The position numbers and the translations under genes are program-made. From assembly GCA_977017645.1 (NCBI GenBank), contig OZ360238.1:27156001-27220000 (forward strand): a DNA stretch of 64,000 bases. The letters are read 5' to 3'. Of this stretch, positions 48,091 to 61,920 are shown in pieces. The notes under the pieces were generated by a model. The model was not told where the DNA came from and ran no database searches. It saw only the letters and a list, made by a program, of their open reading frames with translations. How positions within the stretch are numbered: position 1 is the stretch's first letter; the number at the start of each line of letters is the position of its first letter. Source of the stretch: Torpedo marmorata. Lineage: Eukaryota.

Positions 48091-48876
48091 ATTCAAAGTT
48101 CAAATTTATTTTAAGAGTACATACATGACATCACATTCAACCCTGAGATTCTTTTTCCTGCAGGCCAGGCAGAATTTCTACTTATCAGTAACAAATGTGC
48201 TCAAGAAGAATGATACGTATACAAAAGTGAAATGTAAGCAAAGAAATGAAAACAAACTGACTGTAAAAACAGTAAAAAATATTCAGTAATAAATAATTAG
48301 CAAAGGAAGAGTCCTTAAAAAGAACTGCCTATATATAAACTTTTCTAGTTTTTAAACAAAACACCAGTTACACTTTGGATGGGAAAATGATATAGAAGAG
48401 CAGAGGCATTTGGGACTTCAGTAAAATACATACAAGGCCATAAACGAATGCTTTCACAAGGGTTTACACAGAAGATCATTTTCTAAATTTTGTGGTGAAT
48501 TGATTAAAATATTTGTCATGCAGTGATTTGTTTATTGGGTACTGGTCTGGAATTTACGTTTCCAGATAGAAATTGAAAAATTTTCCTGAAACAACACACA
48601 ATTAGGAAATGCAAATACAAAGTAAATCAAAGAACTGTTAAAAAATTATAGAATAATGGAACTGAGTAGATACACATTTTCTGCCTGTAAATATTTCAGA
48701 AACATCCTGTTTTTAAATATAAGGGAGACACAGGAGACTCAAGATGCTGGAATCTAGAGGGAAAAAAAACTGCTGGAGGAACTCAGCGGGTCAAGTAGCA
48801 TCTCTGGGTGGTGGAGACGGGGTCGGGGGGGGGAGGGTAGGGGGAATTGTTGACATTTTGGTTTGAGGCCTTCTTT

Positions 48877-51323
48877 TTTTTGAATATTTTATTTGTATTT
48901 TTTAAAGCCAAACATATTATCAATAACAAAAATAATACACCATCAAATATAATATTCGTCTGTTGACTATTATACTAAAAAACAACAACAAAACTACAAA
49001 CAAAGGAAAACCCACCCACCCAATTCCCCCCAAAATGAAAGAAAGGAGAGGAATAGAATAAGAAAAGGTTGAAATAGAAAAGGAAAGAAGACGTTGGAGG
49101 CTCATCGCCCACCCCGCAGGCTTAAATTACTTGGCATACTCGGATTTCTGAAGAGGAAATGGACATAGGTCCTGGGGGTAAGGGGGGGCCTGGTTAAGGA
49201 TTTACAGCCATGTGTTGTAAATATGGAGTCCAAATCTTTAAAAATATATCATATCTATTTCTAAGATTATAGGTAATCTTCTCAAGGGGAACACAACTCT
49301 ACATTTCCTCATTCCATCTTGTCATACCTAGATGGGAATCAGACTTCCATGTGACCGCTATACATTTCCTGGCCACCGCCAATGCGATCTTCACAAATTT
49401 TGACAGCCTCATCTTATGTCTTACGCCGGAGATATTGCCCAATAGAAATAATTCTGGGCGTTGTGGGAACTGAATTTCTGTAATTTGTTCTAAGAGTTTC
49501 CTGAAGTCTGTCCAGAAAGGTTTTACTTTGGGGCATGACCAGGTTAAATGCAAAAACGTTCCTATTTCTTTGCCGCATCTAAAACATTTATCTGATATTT
49601 CTGATTTAAATTTATTCAATTTTTGCAGCGTGAGATACAATTGGTGCAAAAAATTGTATTGCACCAGTCTGTATCTCACATTTATTGTGTTTTTCATACT
49701 GTCCCGACATAAGTCGGACCAGTTTTGTTCATTAATTATTATATCCAAGTCTGACTCCCATCTCTGTCGAGATCTATGTAGCCCCTGTTTAGGGGTTCCT
49801 TTTTGAAGTAAAAGAAAGGCTGCTGAAATAAACTTCTTTGTGATCCCCTTTTGAATCAAAGTCTCCACTTCACTGTCATTGATGGACCCAATTTATCCCT
49901 TAAGTAAGATCTCAGCTGGAAGAGTGTATTATTCATAATACCATACTTATTTTTTAATTGTTCAAATGACATAAGTTGTCCCTGCTCATAGCAATCCTCG
50001 ACACATCTGATCCCTTTCCGGGACCAGGCGTCCAGGATCTTATTATCCATTGTAAAAGGTATACACCTATTTTGAGCCAGGGGCGTTTTTGGAGATAACC
50101 TCCCCTTATTCCCAATTTGATAATTTATTTTATACCAGATATCAATTATCAATTATATGTTTCAGCAGGGGGGTTTCTTTCACACCGAATATTAATTTTT
50201 TTATCCCATTTGTATATAAAGTCTTCTGCTATCTTCTCTCCCACCTTATGCAGTTCCATCTTTACCCAGGAAGGCTTGTCTTCCCCTTCAAAGAAGGAGG
50301 TGACAAATTTCATTTGGGCTGGCCAATAATTTTTTTTGAAATCTGGAAGTTGTCAACCTCCCAGCTCATATCTCCATGTTAATTTTTCTGTGGAGACTCT
50401 GGCTACCATACCTCTCCAAATGAACTTCCTGATATATTTATTTAATTCTTGAAAGAACCCTCGAGGCAATGGTATAGGTAGTGTTTGGAAAAGATATTGG
50501 ATCCGTGGCAATATATTCATTTTTATACAATTGACCCTGCCAATAAGTGTTATTGGCAGTGCCGTCCATCTGTTAAAATCCTCTTCAACTTTTCTCAGCA
50601 AGGGGAGGTAATTTAACTTATACAAATCTTGTAAATTGTTATTTGTTTTAATGCCTAAATATTTTATCCCATTTGCCGGCCACTTAAAATTTATATTCCT
50701 TTGGTATTGAGTATAATCTCCACCTGTAAGTGGCATAATTTCACTTTTGTCCCAATTTATCTTATAACCGGAAATGTTCCCATAATCTTCCAATTTTAAG
50801 TGCAATTTTTCTAAAGAAACTGCTGGTTCTGTCAGGTATATCAGTACATCATCTGCAAATAAGTTAATTTTGTGCTCTTCCTGGTTAACTCTGAATCCCT
50901 TAATGTCTGGATCTGTCCGAATAGCTTCTGCTAACGGTTCTATAACCAAAATAAAAAGAGCTGGAAACTATGGACAGCCTTGCCTGGTAGATCTGGATAG
51001 TGAGAATGCTGAGGAAATTTGTCCATTGGTCACAACTCTAGCTTGGGGCTTATTATATAAAGCCTTAATCCAGTTTATAAAATTCTGTCCAAGTCCAAAT
51101 CGTTCCAGCACTTTAAATAAAAAATCCCACTCCACTCTATCAAAAGCTTTTTCTGCATCCAGGGCCACAGCGACACCTTGATCCCCTCTTGATTGTGCCA
51201 GATGTATTATACTAAGCAATCTGCTTACATTATCTACTATTTGTCTTTCTCGTATAAAGCCTGTTTGGTCCACATATTTATCATTTTTGGCAAAAAAACT
51301 GCCAGCCTGTTTGCCAAAGCTTT
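48877..51323 (-). mobile_element. L1 (family B), 5'-truncated and decayed, inserted in a Penelope-like repeat (48725-51452)
   Basis: 16-bp TSD gtttgaggccttcttt (48861-48876 / 51324-51339). Poly(A). RT motifs LDAEKAFD, RQGCP and LFADD; CFRC...H...C. Confidence 0.93.
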
Positions 51324-51711
51324 GTTTGAGGCCTTCTTTATACTGGCTACATCTCCTCTCCACTCTCCACCCTGATGTGCTGTCTTGATCAGAAACATCT
51401 CTTCACAAATTCTGCACGATCAGCTGTGTTCCTCCAGCAGTTTGTTTTTTAACTGAGGAAGATGTAATTAAAAGTCGGACATTTAGGTCTGAGAGCAAGA
51501 AAAAAAAGTATCTTAAATGCACTTAGTATGTTGTGAACAGACCATGTCAATGTTGAGGAATAGGTTGGTTGGAGGGTACAGAAAAAAAAGGAATTGGTAA
51601 CATTCGAGTCATGTAATTAAGCCTTGTGCTTGTGCGAGGGATAAACAATCTGATGGCACTAAATTAATTGATGGTGTGTTAGGTTTTATGTAAAATTATT
51701 TGTTAATACAC

Positions 51712-51991
51712 TTAATTTTAATTTTTTAAAACTTCAATTAAAAAAATTAAATTTAGACTTACTGCGCGGTAACAGGCCCTTCTGGTTCCCATGCGTGTGA
51801 TGCCCAAATACCCCAATTAACTTCCAACCCCCGTACGTTTTTGGAGGGTGGGAGGAAACCAGAGCACCCGGAGGAAACCCATGCAGACACGGGGAGAACG
51901 TACAAACTCCTTACAAACAGCGGCGGATTCGAACCTGGGTCGCTGGCGCTGTAATAGTGTCGCGCTAACCGCTATGCTAACCGTGCTGCCC
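51712..51991 (-). mobile_element. HE1-like V-SINE with AT-rich tail
   Basis: ggattcgaacctggg (reverse-complement B-box); ggaggaaaccagagcacccggaggaaaccc V-domain. Confidence 0.88.
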
Positions 51992-52098
51992 ATGAAATTT
52001 ATATTTATTTAATTGATTAATTAATATATTCTGTTCATGTGAAAATATGTAAAAATATTTATCAGCTCTGTTGAGCATGAAATCTTAAGTAAAATAGA

Positions 52099-55000
52099 AT
52101 CAGAATCAGAATTTATTGTCATGAACAAGTCATGAAATTCAGTGTTTTGCGGCAGCATCATAGTGCAATTGACATTCATATTATAACCATCTTACGACAT
52201 TACTATAAAAAATTATATAAATAATAGTGCAAGAAAAGTAAGGCAGTGTCTTTGGTTCATTGATTATTCAGGAATCTGATGGCAGCGGGGAAGAAGCTGT
52301 CCTTGTGCCGTTGAGTGCTCGTCTTTAGGCTTCTGTACCTTTTTCTCGATGGTTGCAGAGTGAAGAGGGCATGGCCTGGGTGGTGGGGGTCTTTGAGGAT
52401 AGAGGCTTCTTTTTTAAGACACCGCCTCGTGTAGATGTCCTCGATGGAGTGAAGTCTGGTGCCTGTGATGTTACAGGCCGAGTTAACAACCTCCTGGAGA
52501 TTATTATTGTCCTGAGTGTTGGCGCCTCCATACCAGGCAGTGTTGCAACCAGCCTGAATGCTATCCACGGTACACCTGTAGAAGTTTACGAGAGTCTTTG
52601 GTGACATACCGAATCTCCTCTGACACCTCACAAAGTATAGCCGCTGACGAGCCTTCTTTGTGATGGCATCAACGTGGAGGCTACAGGACAGATCCTCGGA
52701 GATGTTGACACCCAGGAATTTGAAGTTCTTGACCCTCTCCACTACTGAGCCCTCGATGAGGACTGGGTCGTGTTTCCCTGACTTCCTCCTGAAGTCCACC
52801 ATCATCTCCTTGGTTTTGCTGACGTTGAGCTCAAGGTTGTTGTCGTTACACCATTCAACGAGCTGATCTATCTCCCTCCTGTATGCTTCCTCATTGCCGT
52901 TTGTGATTCTGCCGACAACTGTGCTGTCATCGGCAAACTTGTAGATGGCATTGGAATTGTGCCTGGCCACACAGTCATGGGTGTACAATGAGTAGAGCTG
53001 TGGACTAAGCACGCACCCTTGGGGTGCGCCTATGTTGATAATCAGTGAGGACGAGACGTTGTTTCCAATTGGTACTGTTGTGGTCTTCCGATAAGAAAGT
53101 CAAAGATCCAGTTGCAGAGTGGGGTACAGAGGCCTAGAGTTTGTAGCTTCTTGACTAGCACTGAGGGAATAATGGTATTGAAGGCCGAGCTGTAGTCGAT
53201 GAAGAGCAGCTGTATGTATGAATTGCTGTTTTCGAGGTGATCCAGAGCTGAGTGGAGAGCCAGCGATATTGCATCTGCTGGGGAGCGATTGTGACGATAG
53301 GCGAATTGCAGTGGGTCCAGATCTTTGCTTAGGTACGTGTTAATTTGGCCATGACCAGCCTCTCAAAGCATTTCATTACAGTAGAAGTTAGTGCTACTGG
53401 GCGGTAGTCGTTGCGGCAGCCCACACTATTCTTCTTGGGTACCGGGATGATTGATGCCCTTTTGAAGCAGGTGGGAACCTCTGACTACTGCAGTGAGAGG
53501 TTGAAAATGTCCGTGAACTCTCCGGCTAGTTGGTTGGTGCAGATTTTCAGTACCCTGCCAGGTACGCCGTCAGGGCCTGACGCCTTGCGAGGGTTCACCC
53601 TCTTGAATGATGTTCTGACGTCGCCCTCAGAGACAGATATCACAGGGTCCTCAGCCTTTTCAGGGATTCTAGTAGGCACTGTTTGGTTCTTCTTCTCAAA
53701 GCGGGCATAGAAGGTGTTCAGCTCATCGGGTAGTGAAGCATCACAGCCGTCTATAGTGTTCGCCCTCGCTTTGTTGGCTGTAATGGCCTGCAATCCCTGG
53801 ATAGCTGGCGTGTATTTGTCTCTGTCTCTAGCTTCCTCTGGAATTGGCACTTTGCTTCAGAGATGGCCTTCCGCAGGTCGTGCCTGGACTTCTTGTAAAG
53901 ATCCCAGTCCCCGGCCTTAAACGCCCTTGTTCTCACCCTCAGCAGGTTGCGAATTCTCTGATTCATCCAGGGCTTCTGGTTGGGGAACAACCAGTATTTG
54001 CGCGTGGACACACACTCATCCACGCAGGTCTTGATGAAGTCGGTGACACCTGTTGCATATTCATTCAGGTCTATGGATGAGATATTGAATATGTTCCAGT
54101 CCACCGATTCAAAATAGTCCTGCAGACGCTCCTCCGCCCCCCTCGGCCATACTTTTGCCGTCCTCACCACTGGTGCTGTGGTCTTCAGTCTCTGCTTGTA
54201 CGCCAGGAGTAGAAGTACAGCCAGGTGATCAGACTTGCCGAAGTGCGGTCGTGGTATGGCTCGGTATGCGTTCTTCACGGTGGTGTAGCAGTGGTCGAGT
54301 GTGTTGGTTCCCCTGGTCTCGCATGTGACGTGTTGGTGGTAGTTTGTCAGTGACTTCTTCAGATTGACCTGATTGAAGTCTCCCACAATGATCAGGAAGG
54401 CATCAGGATGTGCTGCTCCGTGGCTGTTTATCACAGTGCTCAGTCCCTCCAGTGCCAGCCTGACGTTAGCCTGGGGCAGAATGTACACTGCGACCAGGAT
54501 GATGGTGGTGAACTCCCTCGGCTGATAGAATAGGCGACACTTGATCGGCAGATGTTCCAGGTCAGGGGAGCAGGACTTGGACATGACCATCACGTCTGTG
54601 CACCACGATGAATTGAAGATGGCACAAACGCCGCCTACCCTGGTTTTTCCATACGCCGGTATTCGGTCAGCGCGATGTAGGGTGTTGCCCTTGGGCTGCA
54701 GCGCCGTGTCTGGAATGTCTGCGTTTAGCCACATTTCTGTAAAGCACATCACGCAGCACTCCCTGATGACTCTCTGATGTTGAAGTCTGGCTTGGAGTTC
54801 ATCAAGTTTGTTCTCCAAGTATTGTATGTTGGCCAGGAGGATGGTTGGGAGTGGAAGCTTCAGGTCCCCGCGTCTCAGCTTGACCTGTAGCCCCCCTCTG
54901 CGTCCACGTGGTCGGGTCTTCTTTACCTGGCCCGTGGGTCTGCTGCTGGTAGTTCCCACAGTATTTAAATGGTCCTTGCGCTCTCCCTTTAAATCCTCCG

Positions 55001-55376
55001 CGATGTGTAAGTGTGCTGAGTGCCTGCTGTCTGCGACTCCCGCGAAGTTTAAATGGCCCGTTCTCTGGCTGTTTAAAACTCCCGCAGTGTTGTTGTTGTA
55101 CTTGCGTGAGCTGTTTAACGGTCCCGCGGCCCGACGGAGACTGCTGCTTCTGCCGATTCCAAGGTCTGCCAGCGATCTTTGTACATTCATGTTGTCGGGT
55201 AAGTTTGATTTTATGTTTCTCGTTTTTTGTTTGATTTTTAGAAGTTCTGAACGGGAATATTTGATTATTCCCTTCAGAGCTGCACGCAAAGAGTCGCCGC
55301 TGTAAGGCGCCATTTTCCAGTGCTGGCATATTACAATAAAACATAAGTTTATACAAGGCAAAGACATAATGTGTCA
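52099..55376 (-). mobile_element. Apparently full-length Rex1/Babar LINE (family A), ~3.28 kb
   Basis: 9-bp TSD taaaataga (52090-52098 / 55377-55385); (ttctga)n tail; APE followed by RT. Confidence 0.92.
52257..55315 (-). pseudogene. Rex1 single ORF (N-terminal extension, APE endonuclease, RT), a few frameshifts
   Basis: LANIQYLENKLDEL, CFTEMWL, VGDFNQ and KSDHL (APE). KASGPDGVPG, PQGCVLSP and KFADD (RT). Start at MAPYSG is tentative. Confidence 0.88.
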
Positions 55377-56959
55377 TAAAATAGAGCCAGATTAATGGGA
55401 TCAAGCTGTAGAGCAGGACAGGTAGGTAAAGGTTTATGGGATTGTACATTCTACTCTGTTCTTATCTTTCCTGAATGAAATGTACATATCTATTTGTACA
55501 TTTTTGAATTCAAAGTGGAACGAAAAGAGTCATGGTAGAAACGGTTCTGTGCAAATATTCATACTTCCCCAAACACCACTAATAGCATGTTTTATTTTCA
55601 AGTTTCACCTACTCCGGTCTTAGTTCTATGTATATTCGGAAATTATTCTGCATCATTCAACAGATGATGTACCCATTCTAAAACACCATCTTCTGGGTAT
55701 AGACCACGCTTTTACAGAAAACATTGCAAGATTGCTTTCACTGATACATGGGCAGAACTGTCCCTTTGTCTATAGATCGTCCATAAGACACTCCTTCTCA
55801 GAACAAATTGCTTTAGTATCAAGAGATGAAAAGTGGCCCTATCATTTAGTATAATTATTGCCATTCGATCTTACTTTTTATAATTGAGACACAGGGGCTA
55901 GCATATTGCGCATGGCGTTGCTCTGCCCTCTCTCTTGCTGAAATCAGTTCTGTTGTCTGAAAATATCCAGGTCAAGTGGGATGAGATAATTGAACTGGGA
56001 CCATCTTGACCCTAAGAAGCAATAGCCTATGAATGTAATCTCAGGTGAAATCACAGTTCTTGTGTTACTGCACTTCTGGCTTGGCCCATTTAATTTAATG
56101 TTAAAATGTAGAATTAAGACTGGTGCAGTTGTAAGAACTACAATGTATTTTTTCATTCTCCTAGTTTAGTCATTCCAAGAACACAAATTATTCATGAGAA
56201 CTAAGATCTATTACACCAAACACAATTGTTCATTTCTCTCAAGTAAGATTGATAAGATTATAGAAAGGCATCAAAATTACTCAAGACTACAACCACAAGC
56301 CAGTCCGAAAGGTAATGAGAACTGATTGAACTTCAATATTAAAGGGGAAAAATATTGATGAGTAACATCGGATTAGGAGTAAAGGTTATGACTCCTGAAA
56401 CAAAGGGGAGTGTCATTGGCATATAAAGTAATCATATGAAAGATGGCAAGTTATAAAGAGGTCACAATGTCACAGTGTGAATAAGGTCCAATGTGTAAAG
56501 ACCTGATAGCATTTATTAAATTAAAATGGATGATAGACTTGTGCCGTTTTGCACCTTTGGGTTTTCAAGAAAATATTTATTGGGCTAATAATCTGTGAAA
56601 TCTTACTGATCTTTGTTGCATGATATTGATAACAGCCACAAAGCAGAAGGACCAATAAAATCATTAAACAAAAAGCCATAGCTGACCACTCAATCTCATT
56701 GTGGCAGATTCTCATTAATGGGGAGAGAGCATTCAGTGTTTCAAGTTGTGGGAAACTCTCTATTCCAACTTCAGGTTGAGGACTAAATTAAAAGCACTAA
56801 ACCAACAGGCACTTAACATGTTTGTTTCCAACTTTTCAAAGAAAATTCATTTCTATTTAGTAAGGAGCTGAGGAAAGCTATCGGCACATCAAAGGTTTGA
56901 AATTTTCGGAGGAATTTATCTACATCAGTTGTATTGCCAATTACCCAATTCTGTTTCAA

Positions 56960-57100
56960 AAGAAATCACATGGATTTACATTTTTTTTTACAAGATGTAT
57001 CAAAGCATTTTGTACCACATGAAGTATTTATGAAGTGAACAATACTGTTGCAACGTGACAAGCAGATTGTAGACAAAAACATGCTGCAGCTTCAAGCTCA
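56960..57100 (-). mobile_element. Ancient Deu-domain SINE 3' relic
   Basis: caaagcattttgtaccacatgaagtatttatgaagtgaacaatactgttg resembles the reverse complement of the Deu-SINE tail. Confidence 0.4.
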
Positions 57101-58289
57101 GTTCTGGGTATCTTTCATATTGTGGAAAAATGACAAGCTGTCAGAGGTCAGAATGAAGTGAATGCCTTTTCTGAGTTTTCAGGGAAAGGGATTTGAGGAT
57201 ATCAACATGCAGACTCCAAAATAAGGACCTCCTCAATGTCTGCTGGTCATGCTTACCACTGCCCTTCCCTCGTATCGTCCTCTCTCACATCAATACAATT
57301 CTTTATATCTGATTATACCTTTCTGCTCTCCGTGCTTGTAAAGGAAGTTATGATCCAATTTGTTTATGCTGGTATTGGAATCTTGGGATGATCAAGACAC
57401 CTGATACATTGCATCAAATTGCCAATGACTCATGGGTCAAGTGAGGTGAGGTGTGATTGAGGAATGGTATTCATTTCTTCGCCTTTGCAGCCATCGTCTA
57501 TCTTCCCTGTAGCAATAAACACTTCAGGTGGTAGAGATGAAAACATTGAGGCAACTGACAGCAATACCAGGGCTAGCTCATATTATCCTTCCATTATGAC
57601 ATTGTAAAACAGTTGGCGGTCCTGGTCTTCTCCATCACAAAAATGCAAATCCTCAAGAAGATTCAGAAGATTGATTATGGGAAAAGTTAGCAACAGCTCT
57701 GCCATTGGTACCAGCATGTGCCAAATTTTCAGGTCCATCACCAAATTATATGTTGCATACTCAGGGAATAGCTGTCCTTGTCCTGACTGTGGAGGCCACT
57801 GCTTTTGCTCTCCTTCCAATTTGCATTTGTCTTAAGGGAAGGAGATGAATACGCGTGATAAGTTAGGGGTGGAATCAAGGGAAGAATTCATTAACATGGG
57901 GCTATAAGAGAATGAGGCTGAGGCCTTTACTCAGTTGGGGATTGTTGGGGATCAGACTGGGACCATGAAGATGGCATCACCTGATACATTACCTCTGTTA
58001 CTCTTTCCGCAGATGCTGCTTCACCTGATGAGTGTTTTCAGCAATTTCTGATCTTAATTACGTAAAAAGTATGTCACGTTTAATGCTCATAACAACTGGG
58101 GAAGGGGAAATCAAAAGGAAACAGATAGAACCCTGGAATAGTCTGGCAAACACATTACAAACAATAGTACGTGTATTATAATTAGCCAACTGCTCTACAG
58201 ACGTTACATTTCCAAAGCTATTTTCAGTCCTGTCAGTACATTTGCGAAGCTGATCCCACTAAAAGTTACTGCTGCTGGCCTCTGTCTTT

Positions 58290-61200
58290 TAAAAAAAATA
58301 TTTTATTTAAAATTATAAATCACTCGATAATACATAATATAAAATGCAAAATTATCAAAATACATGTGATATATTTTCACCCCCCCCTTCCTCCCCTCCC
58401 TAACCCTCCCACTCCTACTATTCTAATAAAATAGAAAGAAAGAAAGAAATAAAACGATAAAGTAAGGAGAATGTCAATCTAAAAAAGAACAACTATAAAC
58501 TAATTTTATTGTGGACCATAGTTTCGCCAGTCAGATCTGATATCCAGAGATCTTAAAATCCTTAAACCGACAATTTTTATATATGGGCTCCATATTTTCA
58601 AAAAGAAATTATATTTGTTACGTAAATTATAAGTAATTTTTTCAAGTAGTATAGCTGTAACCCTAAATCTACATCAGACTTCCATGTAATAGCAATGCAT
58701 TTCTTAGAAACAGCTAAAGCAATTTGCAAAAATTCTATTTGATACATATTTAATCTCATTTTAGTACTAATTCTTTTAATATCTCCAAACAGAAATATCA
58801 TGGGATCCATTGGGAGAGTAATTCTTAATACTTTGTCTAAAAACTTTTTAACTTTCAACCAGAAATCATATATCTTTGGACAAAGCCATGTAGAGTGTAC
58901 AAAAGAACCTTCCTCTCTATTACATCTAAAACATAAACCTGATAATGTCAGATTAAATTTCTTTAATTTCTTAAGTGTTAAATATAATTGATGCACAAAA
59001 TTATATTGCACTAACCCATATCTAACATTAATAATTTTAGTCATACTTTGTTTATATATTTCTTTCTAATGTTCCTCATCTATTATTACATTCAAATCTG
59101 ATTCCCATTTTAATCTTGATTTATGAATTCCTGGTTTAGGCATTTTTTTCTGTAACAATCTATACATTTGAGAAATAAATTTATTTATACCCCCATTAGT
59201 AACTAGTAACTCCAATTCACTTTGTCTTGGTAAAGTCAAACTATAACCCAACCTTTCAACTAAAAATGCTCTAATTTGATAATAAGCAAAAAGTGTATTA
59301 TTTAATACATTAAACTTCTCTTTCATTCTTTGAAAAGTAATAAATTTACTAGCTTCAAAACAATCATTTATTTTTTTAATTCCTTTTTGGAACCAAATTT
59401 TAAATAATTGATTATCAATAGTAAATGGAATAAGTTTATTTTCATTTAAAGGCATTTTTTGAGAAATTAACCCTTTCCCTCCTATCTCCCTATCCACTTT
59501 ATTCCATATTTCTAACAAATGTTTTAAAATAGGAGAGTTTTTACCTCCTATTAATGGTAATTTAGAATTCCATTTATAAATAACTTCTTTCAAATCTTCT
59601 CCTATTTTATTTAGTTCTATTCTAATCTAAGCAGAAGATTTTCCTAAATCAAACATTTCATTAATAAATTTTAATTGAGCTTCCTTATAATAATTTTGAA
59701 AATTGGGAAGTTGTAAACCACCCATTTTGTAATCCCAGGTTAATTTCTGCATAGCTACTCTAGCCAACTTTCCTTTCCACAAAAATTTCCTAATAATTAA
59801 ATTTAAATCTTTAAAGAATTTTTGAGGAATTTCATAAGGAATTGATTGAAAAAGATATTGAATTATTGGAAAAACATTCATTTTTATACAATTTACCCTT
59901 CCTATTAAAGTTATAGGTAAATCCTTCCAACTTTCTAAATCTTTTTTAATATTCATAAATAATGGTAAATAATTAAATTTATATAAATTAGCTAATTTTG
60001 TATGTTTTTATTCCCAAATATTTAATTCCATCATTTGACCATTTAAATCGTGCAATTTCTTTACATTTATTATAATCTCCTTGTGTCAATGCCATAATTT
60101 CACTTTTATCAGAATTAATTTTATAACCAGATATTTCCCCATATTCTCTCAATAAAACATTCAGTTGTTTTAAAGAAGTAATAGGTTTTGTCATATAAAT
60201 CAATACATCATCTGCAAATAAACTAATTTTATGTTCTTCTTTTCCAACTTTAATACCTATAATCTTAATATCTTGTCTAATTAATTCTGCTAAAGGTTCT
60301 ATTGCTAAAATAAACAATGCTGGTGACAAAGGGCATCCTTGTTTCGTTGACCTAGTCAACAAAAATTTTGAAGAAATTTGTCCATTTGTCATCACTCTAG
60401 CAGAGGGTTCTTTATATATAGTTTTAATCCAATTAATAAATGTAGTTCCAAAACCAAATTTTTCCAATACTTTAAATAAATAATTCCACTCTAATCTATC
60501 AAAAGCCTTTTCGGCATCTAATGTTAATACTAATGCTGATTCTTCTTTCTTTTGTGTCACATTTATTAAACTAATTAATCTGGCTATATTATGTTTTGAA
60601 TATCTATTCTTAATAAAACCTGCTTGATCTACATGGATCAAATCTGGTAAATATTTAGCCACTCTATTTGCTAAAATTTTCGCCATTATCTTATAATTCA
60701 CATTTAGCAATGAAATTGGTCTATATGATTCTGTTTTCAACAAATCTCTATCTTTTTTAGGTGTAACTGTTATTATTGCATTTGAAAATGTTTCCGGTAG
60801 AGAATGAGTTTCTGTTATTTGTTTTAACACCTCCATATATGGAGGTATCAATAAATCCTTAAATTCCTTATAAAATTGCCTCTGGTTCTATAGCTAATAT
60901 AAATAAAGCTGGTGACAATGGGCACCCTTGTCGACTAGATCCTGTCAAGCAAAACGGAGTTGATATTTGTCCATTAGTCACGACTTTAGCTTTTGGAGCA
61001 TTATATAATGCTTTAATCCAATCTATATAAGTCTGTCCAAATCCAAATTTTCCAATACCTTAAACAAAAAGTCCCACTCCAATCTATCAAAAGCTTTTTC
61101 TGCATCTAGTGCCACCGCAACACTTAATACTTTCCTTTTTTTAGCTAAATGAACAATACTAAGTAACCTTGCTACATTGTCAGCTGCTTGTCTTTTTTTT

Positions 61201-61920
61201 ATAAAGCCTGTTTGATCCATATTTACTAATTTTGGCAAAAATGTTGTTATCCTATTGACCAAGATTTTCACTACAATTTTATAATCTGCATTCAGTAATG
61301 AAATTGGTCTATATGATGAAGGTTTCAATGGGTCTCTATATTTTTTTAGTATTACTGTAATTATTGCTGTAGAAAAAGATTGTGGAAGTGTATTAGTCAC
61401 AGACGCCTGCTGTAACATATCCATAAAAACAGGAATTAATAATTCCTTAAACCCAGCAGCGATCCGTACAGATGTTTTAATAAGTAATACTAATGCCTTC
61501 TTTTCTGTTTTCTTTTTAGTTTTTAGTAAGGGGAGGGAATTAAAGGGACGGGAAGGGTGGAGTGTGGGGTAGAAACATATAAGGGGTTTGGGGGGGTTAA
61601 GGGAAGGGTTAGATACACTATGTAATACAATTTTTTTTATTTACTGGAATTAATAATGTATATTATATATGTTGTATTACTGTGTGAAAAATTAAAAAAA
61701 TTAAAATAAAATATTCGAAAAAAAAAAATCCTTATAAAATTCTGGTGGGAAACCATCCTCCCCCTGAGATTTTCAACTTGTTAAAGAACTAAGAACATAA
61801 TTAACTTCTCTCATCATAAATGATGAATCTAAAAGTTCTTTACTTTGAATATTTAATCTGGGTAACTTAATTTTAGATAAAAATTCATTAATTTTAGAAT
61901 CATCTTTATCAGTTTGAGAT
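58290..61920 (-). mobile_element. L1 family A, non-inverted 3' segment (ORF2 from about codon 420 to the 3' end), interrupted at 60878-61728
   Basis: ORFs 59988-60851, 59627-59956, 59066-59593 and 58598-59044 are collinear with 20010-22550. The sequence resumes at 61729-61920. Confidence 0.93.
60878..61728 (+). mobile_element. Nested L1 (third family) with a 5' inversion: antisense RT piece plus sense 3' UTR and poly(A)
   Basis: 13-bp TSD tccttataaaatt (60865-60877 / 61729-61741). Minus-strand ORF 61023-61424 (YRPISLLNAD, LDAEKAFD). Plus-strand G-rich UTR, AATAAA and poly(A) at 61705-61728. Confidence 0.88.

Noticed and set aside
54802-55449. Overlapping 215-aa and 165-aa ORFs at the Rex1 5' end as a possible ORF1 or antisense gene
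   Set aside because: Alternative frames of a GC-rich region. The longer one begins outside the TSD, and neither has recognisable motifs.
57400-57850. Possible ancient L2 fragment or host exon
   Set aside because: Only weak resemblance to L2 coding and no clean splice-bounded frame.
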